A stretch of DNA of 64,000 bases from Lingula anatina. Its lineage: Eukaryota > Animalia > Brachiopoda. Position 1 is the stretch's first letter. The number at the start of each line of letters is the position of its first letter. The translations under genes and the position numbers were made by a program. Positions 55,701 to 64,000 of the stretch are shown here, one piece after another. Location: assembly GCA_051362555.1 (NCBI GenBank), contig CM120647.1:13120651-13184650 (forward strand), read 5' to 3'. The notes below the pieces were generated by a model. It made no database searches. It saw only the letters and a list, made by a program, of their open reading frames with translations, and had not been told where the DNA came from.

Positions 55701-58700
55701 CAAGCTAGAAAATTTCCATTTGATCCATCACTCAGCAACGAAGCTTCTGTGGCTCCGTGGTAACTCCGTTGCCTTGTGCGTGAGTGTATCCTTGTCCGCT
55801 GGTTCGAGACCCAGCAAAATGACTCTGATATTTTTTTCCTAAAAGTAATCTGTAAAATTTGCGTTTGATTACTATAAGAGGAAACTCGTACCTACGGAGG
55901 GTGGGCGGGTCAGTCACGGCGCAGTCGGTAGCGTGCTTGGATGCAAAAAAACAATACAAAGCGTCACCAACCATGGTAACGAGAAGTCACGAGTTCGAAT
56001 CCCGGATGAGGCACGTCAGTCCGTCACGACAACGACCTTGCCCCCTGTTCGGGCAGTAACCAGAACGAATGCGGGCTCTCGTGGGTCCTAGCAATTTACC
56101 TTTTGCACAATAAAACGATATACTTGAGAATAAGTGATGGATTTAAAAAGAACATAGTAGCATAAAGTCTGCGTCGTCAATAATATGACATGGGAATGGT
56201 CATTGATCTCTATCTTTTTCCAGCTACGTCACCGATCAAACTTGCATTGAGCTATTGCCAACCGCGTATAGAGCCTCGCCTGTCATACTGCAATTTCAGC
56301 AAAATGGGCTCTTTTCTCGGTGGGATTTTCAGAGGAAAAAAGTTTTATTTTTTACAAAAGTCGCCCCGCCGCTATTGCTTTTACCAGTTGTAAACTACGT
56401 TTGTCTTCTTATGCACCCCCTTCCTATCTTGGGTCCATGCTTCTCGAGACGGTTCATATGTTCATTCAGTACCCGAGGCAACTCCACAGTCAACAATGAA
56501 AGAGTAAAATCTACTCAAAACTGAAACCGCCAAGGTGTGAACAGCTGTGGATCTCATCGCGCTCTTTAACGTCAAAGGTGAAACCACACGTTATCTCATT
56601 GCAAAATAAAATGAAACTAAAAACATCTGAACTCATCTTACTAGGAACATTTCCAGCGGATAAGCAATGAAACCGATCGACCTTGTATTGATTCAGTAGC
56701 TTCAGGTATAACAGCACGTCATACCACCAACCGATCGACCTTGAATTGATTCAGTAGCTTCAGGTATAACAAACAACACGTCATACCACCTGTTAACCGC
56801 GTTCACCCGAAAAAAAATTTCTTCTGGGCAGAATTATTTGCCAAATATGTTTTACTCGAAATTCGCATCGACGCAATTGCTTGAATGGAAAACACACCAG
56901 TTTTCTGCACATTTGAACGTTTTAATTACAATATACGCTTATTATCCGTTTTGTGAGCAAACGCATTTTTCTTACGGTATAGAACATAACAATAAAATGA
57001 AAAAGCAGGGCAAGTAAAGATTACTTGTCTTGAAAAAGTTTGTTGTAATTGTTTATATAATGGATAGGTCTACGTTATCAATAAATACGTTACCAAAAAA
57101 CGTGAAGGTATTGTTTTCTGTTTTCATTCTTTGTTGTCCTTTGGTGCGACACTGTGGATGCGTGCGACGTTGTACATGTGCGCACGCATGTATATACGTC
57201 GCTCATCCTTCTTTGTTACGTTATTATGATACATACGTTACCATGAAGCGTGTAAATATACATTTATTCTATTTACATTGGTTGTTTTTTGTTTTGTGGG
57301 CACAAAACACTTCTGCCTTAAAGTGTTGGCCCACAAAACGAAAGAGAAACCACTGTAAATAAAATAAATAAATATTTACACGGATCACGGTAACGTATAT
57401 ATCGGTAACGTATGTATCATTTTAACGTAACAAAGAAGAATGAGCGACGTATAAACATGCGTGCGCACATATACAACGTCACGCGCACACACAGAGTCTT
57501 GACAAAGGACAACAAACAATGAAATCAAAAAATCATGAACTTTTAAAACGGTCATGAAAAACCTTGGTCGAGGACTGGGGTTGCCCGGGTTGAAATAGGG
57601 CACCCGGATTATCGATTGAAATAGCAAATATATACACATGTACATCCAAACTGGCCCTCTCCCTGACAAGCTAGAAAATTTCCATTTGATCCATCACTCA
57701 GCAACGAAGCTTCTGTGGCTCCGTGGTAACTCCGTTGCCTTGTGCGTGAGTGTATCCTTGTCCGCTGGTTCGAGACCCAGCAAAATGACTCTGATATTTT
57801 TTTCCTAAAAGTAATCTGTAAAATTTGCTTTTGATTACTATAAGAGGAAACTCGTACCTACGGAGGGTGGGCGGGTCAGTCACGGCGCAGTCGGTAGCGT
57901 GCTTGGATGCAAAAAAACAATACAAAGCGTCACCAACCATGGTAACGAGAAGTCACGAGTTCGAATCCCGGATGAGGCACGTCAGTCCATCACGACAACG
58001 ACCTTGCCCCCTGTTCGGGCAGTAACCAGAACGAATGCGGGCTCTCGTGGGTCCTAGCAATTTACCTTTTGCACAATAAAACGATATACTTGAGAATAAG
58101 TGATGGATTTAAAAAGAACATAGTAGCATAAAGTCTGCGTCGTCAATAATATGACATGGGAATGGTCATTGATCTCTATCTTTTTCCAGCTACGTCACCG
58201 ATCAAACTTGCATTGAGCTATTGCTAACCGCGTATAGAGCCTCGCCTGTCATACTGCAATTTCAGCAAAATGGGCTCTTTTCTCGGTGGGATTTTCAGAG
58301 GAAAAAAGTTTTATTTTTTACAAAAGTCGCCCCGCCGCTATTGCTTTTACCAGTTGTAAACTACGTTTGTCTTCTTATGCACCCCCTTCCTATCTTGGGT
58401 CCATGCTTCTCGAGACGGTTCATATGTTCATTCAGTACCCGAGGCAACTCCACAGTCAACAATGAAAGAGTAAAATCTACTCAAAACTGAAACCGCCAAG
58501 GTGTGAACAGCTGTGGATCTCATCGCGCTCTTTAACGTCAAAGGTGAAACCACACGTTATCTCATTGCAAAATAAAATGAAACTAAAAACATCTGAACAC
58601 ATCTTACTAGGAACATTTCCAGCGGATAAGCAATGAAACCGATCGACCTTGTATTGATTCAGTAGCTTCAGGTATAACAGCACGTCATACCACCAACCGA

Positions 58701-59498
58701 TCGACCTTGAATTGATTCAGTAGCTTCAGGTATAACAAACAACACGTCATACCACCTGTTAACCGCGTTCACCCGAAAAAAAATTTCTTCTGGGCAGAAT
58801 TATTTGCCAAATATGTTTTACTCGAAATTCGCATCGACGCAATTGCTTGAATGGAAAACACACCAGTTTTCTGCACATTTGAACGTTTTAATTACAATAT
58901 ACGCTTATTATCCGTTTTGTGAGCAAACGCATTTTTCTTACGGTATAGAACATAACAATAAAATGAAAAAGCAGGGCAAGTAAAGATTACTTGTCTTGAA
59001 AAAGTTTGTTGTAATTGTTTATATAATGGATAGGTCTACGTTATCAATAAATACGTTACCAAAAATCGTGAAGGTATTGTTTTCTGTTTTCATTCTTTGT
59101 TGTCCTTTGGTGCGACACTGTGGATGCGTGCGACGTTGTACATGTGCGCACGCATGTATATACGTCGCTCATCCTTCTTTGTAACGTTATTATGATACAT
59201 ACGTTACCATGAAGCGTGTAAATATACATTTATTCTATTTACATTGGTTGTCTTTTGTTTTGTGGGCACAAAACACTTCTGCCTTAAAGTGTTGGCCCAC
59301 AAAACGAAAGACAAACCAATGTAAATAAAATAAATAAATATTTACACGGATCACGGTAACGTATATATCGGTAACGTATGTATCATTTTAACGTAACAAA
59401 GAAGAATGAGCGACGTATAAACATGCGTGCGCACATATACAACGTCACACGCACACACAGAGTCTTGACAAAGGACAACAAACAATGAAATCAAAAAA

Positions 59499-61197
59499 CA
59501 ATATCTTCGTGTTATTTGATAAAGTAAGTATGTATCGGAAACAAATTTATCATGTGAATATTTTTCGCAGATTGTTGAAAACAAGAAATCTTTTTTATCC
59601 CATTCTCTTTTATTGTTATGTAACAAACTATAGCGTTGGTCCACAAAACGTAAAACAAGCAATTGAAAAAAAAAAAAATAAAAAAAAGGAAAAACATTAA
59701 CACGCAATAAGGTAGTGTATGTATCATGTATACAATTTCAACAAACGCTTTCAAGACAAGTAATCCTTACTTGCCATGTTTTATTTTTATTGTTATGTAC
59801 CATACCGCAAGAATGAGGTGCTGGCTCGCAAATCAGACAAAAAACAATGAAAATGAAAGTAATTACACGCTAAATTGTAACGTATGTATCGATAACGTAT
59901 CACCACTGTATGTGTCACATTAACGAAACAAAAAAGGATGAGCCACTGAAAATCATGCGTGCGCACATATAAAACGCCGCACGCACCCACAGAGTCGTGA
60001 CAAAAGACAACAAACAATGAAATCAAAAAACAATATTGCCTCGGTAACAATCGGACGCACGGTTTTAGGATCGTGCGTCCCCTGCGAATTTTGCGTGCAA
60101 TAGAATCCGTGGAGATCGTAGAGTTAGAGGAAAGTCCTTTGTCACGACTGTTGTATATGTGCTTACCTCTGTTTTTACGTTGCTAATTCCTATTTGTTAC
60201 GTAAATATGATTCATACGTTACCGATAAATACGTAACCATGTAGCGTGTAAATACTTTTTTCTTTGTTTATTGTCCGTTTTGCGAGGAAACGCCTTTTTC
60301 TTACGGTATGCTACATTACAATAATAAGAAAAGGCAGGGCAAGTAAAGATTACTTGTCTTGAAAACGTTTGTTGAAATTGTTTATATAATGGTTAGGTCT
60401 ACGTTATCAATAAATATGTTACCAAAAAACGTGAAGTTATTGTTTTCTGATTTCATTCTTTGTTGTCCTTTGGTGCGACACTGTGGATGCGTGCGACGTT
60501 GTACATGTGCACAAGCATGTATATACGTCGCTCATTCTTCTTTGTTACGTTATTATGATACATACGTTACCATGAAGCGTGTAAATATACATTTATTCTA
60601 TTTACATTGGTTGTCTTTTGTTTTGTGGGCACAAAACACTTCTGCCTTAAAGTGTTGGCCCACAAAACGAAAGACAAACCAATGTAAATAAAATAAATAA
60701 ATATTTACACGGATCACGGTAACGTATATATCGGTAACGTATGTATCATTTTAACGTAACAAAGAAGAATGAGCGACGTATAAACATGCGTGCGCACATA
60801 TACAACGTCACACGCACACACAGAGTCTTGACAAAGGACAACAAACAATGAAATCAAAAAACAATATCTTCGTGTTATTTGATAAAGTAAGTATGTATCG
60901 GTAACAAATTTATCATGTGAATATTTTTTCGCAGATTGTTGAAAACAAGAAATCTTTTTTATCCCATTCTCTTTTATTGTTATGTAACAAACTATAGCGT
61001 TGGCCCACAAAACGTAACACATGCAATTGAAAAAAAAAAAAAGGAAAAGAAAAACATTAACACGCAATAAGGTAGTGTATGTATCATGTATACAATTTCA
61101 ACAAACGCTTTCAAGACAAGTAATCCTTACTTGCCATGTTTTTCTTTTATTGTAATGTACTATACCGCAAGAATGAGGTGCTGGCTCACAAAACAGA

Positions 61198-61239
<42 letters not shown>

Positions 61240-61671
61240 AATGAAAATGAAAGCAATTACACACTAAATGGTAACGTATGTATCGGTAACGTATGTATCA
61301 TTTTAACGTAACAAAGAAGAATGAGCGACGTAAGTAATGGAAAAATAGAAATGGGAAAAAAAATAAAAATAAAAACAAACAATGAAATCAAAATATAATA
61401 TTGCCTCGGTAACAATCGGACACACGAGTTTTAAGAGCGTGCATCCCTGTGAATTTTGCGTGCAATAGAAGCCGTAGAGATCGTAGAGTTAGAAGAAAAT
61501 TCATTTGTCACGACTGTTGTATATGTGCTCACCTCTAGATCTGTTTTTACGTCGCTAATTCTCATTTGTTACGTAAATATGATACATACGTTATCGATAA
61601 TACTTTACAATGTAGCGTGTAAATAATTGTTTATATAATAGATAGGTCTACGTTATCAATACATGCGTTAC

Positions 61672-61718
<47 letters not shown>

Positions 61719-63387
61719 GTGAAGATATTGTTTTCTGATTTTTTTTTTGTTTGTTGTCCTTTGGCGCGACTCTGTGGGTGCGTGCGACGTTGTATATGTG
61801 CGCACGCATGTATATACGTCGCTCATTCTTCTTTGTTACGTTATTATGATACATACGTTACCATGAAGCGTGTAAAAATACATTTATTCTATTTACATTG
61901 GTTGTCTTTTGTTTTGTGGGCACAAAACACTTCTGTCTTAAAGTGTTGGCCCACAAAACGAAAGACAAACCAATGTAAATAAAATAAATAAATATTTACA
62001 CGCTTCACGGTAACGTATATATCGGTAACGTATGTATCATTTTAACGTAACAAAGAAGAATGAGCGACGTATAAATATGCTGCGCACATATACAACGTCG
62101 CACGCATCCACAGAGTCTCGACAAAATACAACAAACAATGAAATCAGAAAACAATATCTTCATGTTATTTGGCAACGTATGTATTGATAATGCATCTATC
62201 ATATAAATAATTTCAACAAACAGTTTTAAGACAAGTAATCTTTACTTGCCCTGTTTTTCTTTTTATTGTAATGTAGTATACCGTAAGACGGCGTTGGCCT
62301 ATAAAACGAATTTTAGGATCGTGTGTCCCCTGCGAATATTGCGTGCAGTAGAATCTATGGAAATCGTAAAGTTAGAGGAAAGTCTGCCTTGCGAGGCAAG
62401 GGCCAAATGAGATGTCATTTCAAGCAGGGACGCTAATTGCAAGGTGCGATGGCCGTGGAAATTGTACCCATATCTCGAGTTTATCTTGCTATCTGCGTGC
62501 GTAGCAGGCACACACCACTATATTGAAGAGAAAGCAATGCACGGCGAATGTAGTTCCCTTTTGCCTCACACTTGCCTCACACGCTTGTGAGAACGCACTA
62601 ACCGCGTACAACAGTTTTACCTACTGTTCTTCTTTTTTTCTTCTTCTTTCTACCCTTTAAGGTTTTTTCTTGCATTTTGTTGGCATATTAGAAGCTGAAA
62701 TAAGCAAAATTTGAAAATTTTGAAAACTGTTGTACAGGTTGCACAGTTGTCGTTAATTGTCGAGACACGAGTGTGCGGCGTGAGTACATCTTTTATAATC
62801 CTGGCATATGGGTGACGTGAGACGCACTTCCGCCCTGCTTTCGACTTTGATCGTTAGTTGTGAGGGCGTGCCGTGCGCTGCAATCAACACGAAAATAGCG
62901 CCTGCGACGTGCGTCTTGGACCACGCATGCCCTACTTGCGAACTCCTTGCGAGCGAAGCAAGTTACGTTTGCGGCCTCGCTGTTCACAGATTATTCGTAG
63001 AATCTTTTGGACATGTCCAACATCCTTCGTACGTGCAAATTTCGCAAGAGGTACTTGCGTTGCACGTGAGATTCTGCGCAAAATTTGGACGCAAACAGAC
63101 CGTAAGTGTCTGTACGGCTGGTTCTGACCGAGGCTCATCTTCATGTTATTTGATAGGTATATGGTAACGTACGTGTCGGTAATGTATCAATGTATCATAT
63201 GAACATTTTTCACAGATAGTTGAAGGCAAGAAATATTTTCTGTCTCGTTTTCTATTTTTTAATGTAATATTAAGACATAAGTGTTGGCCCACCCAATGCA
63301 AGACAGCCGGTGTAAATAGAATAAATAAATATTTACACGCTTCACGGTAACGTATTTATCGGTAACGTGCGTATCATTTTAACGTAA
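59499..63387. repeat. Diverged tandem/nested copies of the foldback element (possible modular foldback-type transposon relic)
   Basis: Palindrome centres recur at ~59280, ~60640 and ~61930. 58996-60250 is repeated 1363 bp downstream. The longer right arm at 61950-62290 is the reverse complement of ~340 bp of the unit's left arm. Further arm fragments lie at 63140-63387. Confidence 0.8.
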
Positions 63388-63620
63388 AGCCACCCATTTT
63401 TATTTTTATGGATGACATCCTCTGGGGACCCCTAAATCGGTGCGAGAGGGCGAAACAAAAAAACAGTTAAAAAATACTGCTTAGGTACACAGCAGCACAC
63501 AGCTGGAAATACAAATTTACCACAGAATCACGTATTAAACTAATAATATGTCTTTATTCATGCTCTCAAAATATTAAAGCATTGTGAATAATTCGTAGAA
63601 AGGAAAGGAAATTAATGTCA

Positions 63621-63623
<3 letters not shown>

Positions 63624-63695
<72 letters not shown>
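63624..63695. repeat. (TA)n microsatellite
   Basis: Read directly from the sequence. Confidence 0.97.
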
Positions 63696-63697
<2 letters not shown>

Positions 63698-64000
63698 CTA
63701 TGCTGCATATTGCTAAATCTATTTAAAGTTATTTCATGCATTTCGTAACCGTTGGTATAGCAATCAATAAGACAAATATCAACTAACAGTTTGTCTTTAT
63801 TTGTACTCTCAAAATATTTTAAACATAATGAACACTTCACAGAAATGTTAAAAAAAAAATGAAAAGATATGCTTAATAATAACAAATCTATTAATCATTT
63901 CAGTCGATGCCATTTTGTTTACTTCGACTCGCACGAAGCAGCCAAACTGGCCTGTCCAACCTTCAGCCAACCAAATACCTCAACGGCCTTGCCCACCCTT

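Larger units (their letters stand above)
16479..59498. repeat. Macrosatellite, ~1966-bp unit, ~25 full or partial units
   Basis: A marker ORF recurs at 21108, 23073, 25030, 26996, 28962, 30928, 32894, 34860, 36826, 38792, 40757, 43655, 45218, 47184, 49140, 52029, 55859 and 57825 (mostly 1966-bp spacing). Three more diverged units lie at 16.5-21 kb. Interior units differ by only a few SNVs/indels. Confidence 0.98.

Noticed and set aside
16479-59498. 5S rRNA, histone, U snRNA or SL-RNA gene array
   Set aside because: The unit size fits, but I found no 5S sequence, histone ORF or convincing snRNA/Sm-site motif on either strand by eye. A covariance search is needed to exclude divergent forms.
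18348-60691. Recurrent 60-174-aa ORFs in the macrosatellite
   Set aside because: They have no recognisable domains, mostly non-ATG starts and overlap on both strands. They are broken by unit-specific stops and indels, and recur only because the DNA is repeated.

Overview
Eukaryotic, AT-rich DNA with GT-AG introns, probably from an invertebrate animal (inference). It has three zones. (1) 1-15.1 kb: a tandem cluster of four-exon sulfotransferase genes resembling the bacterial Stf3/Sulfotransfer_3 family. There is one partial copy at the window edge, two pseudogenes, one apparently intact + strand gene (~401 aa), one intact divergent - strand gene (~428 aa), and several MITE-like insertions. (2) ~16.5-59.5 kb: a ~43-kb, highly homogeneous macrosatellite with a ~1966-bp unit. 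Each full unit carries two consecutive Pol III-type (A-box/B-box) RNA-gene-like modules, a 58/62-bp direct duplication and a ~420-bp imperfect palindrome. The first module is ~95 nt and resembles vault RNA; the second is a ~105-nt tRNA-derived/SINE-like head with a structured tail. Deletion variants and higher-order repeat blocks are visible. (3) 59.5-64 kb: older, diverged tandem and nested copies of the same foldback palindrome, a CpG-rich unique segment and a (TA)n microsatellite. I see no convincing protein-coding gene in zones 2-3. RNA identities are motif-based only and no database search was possible.
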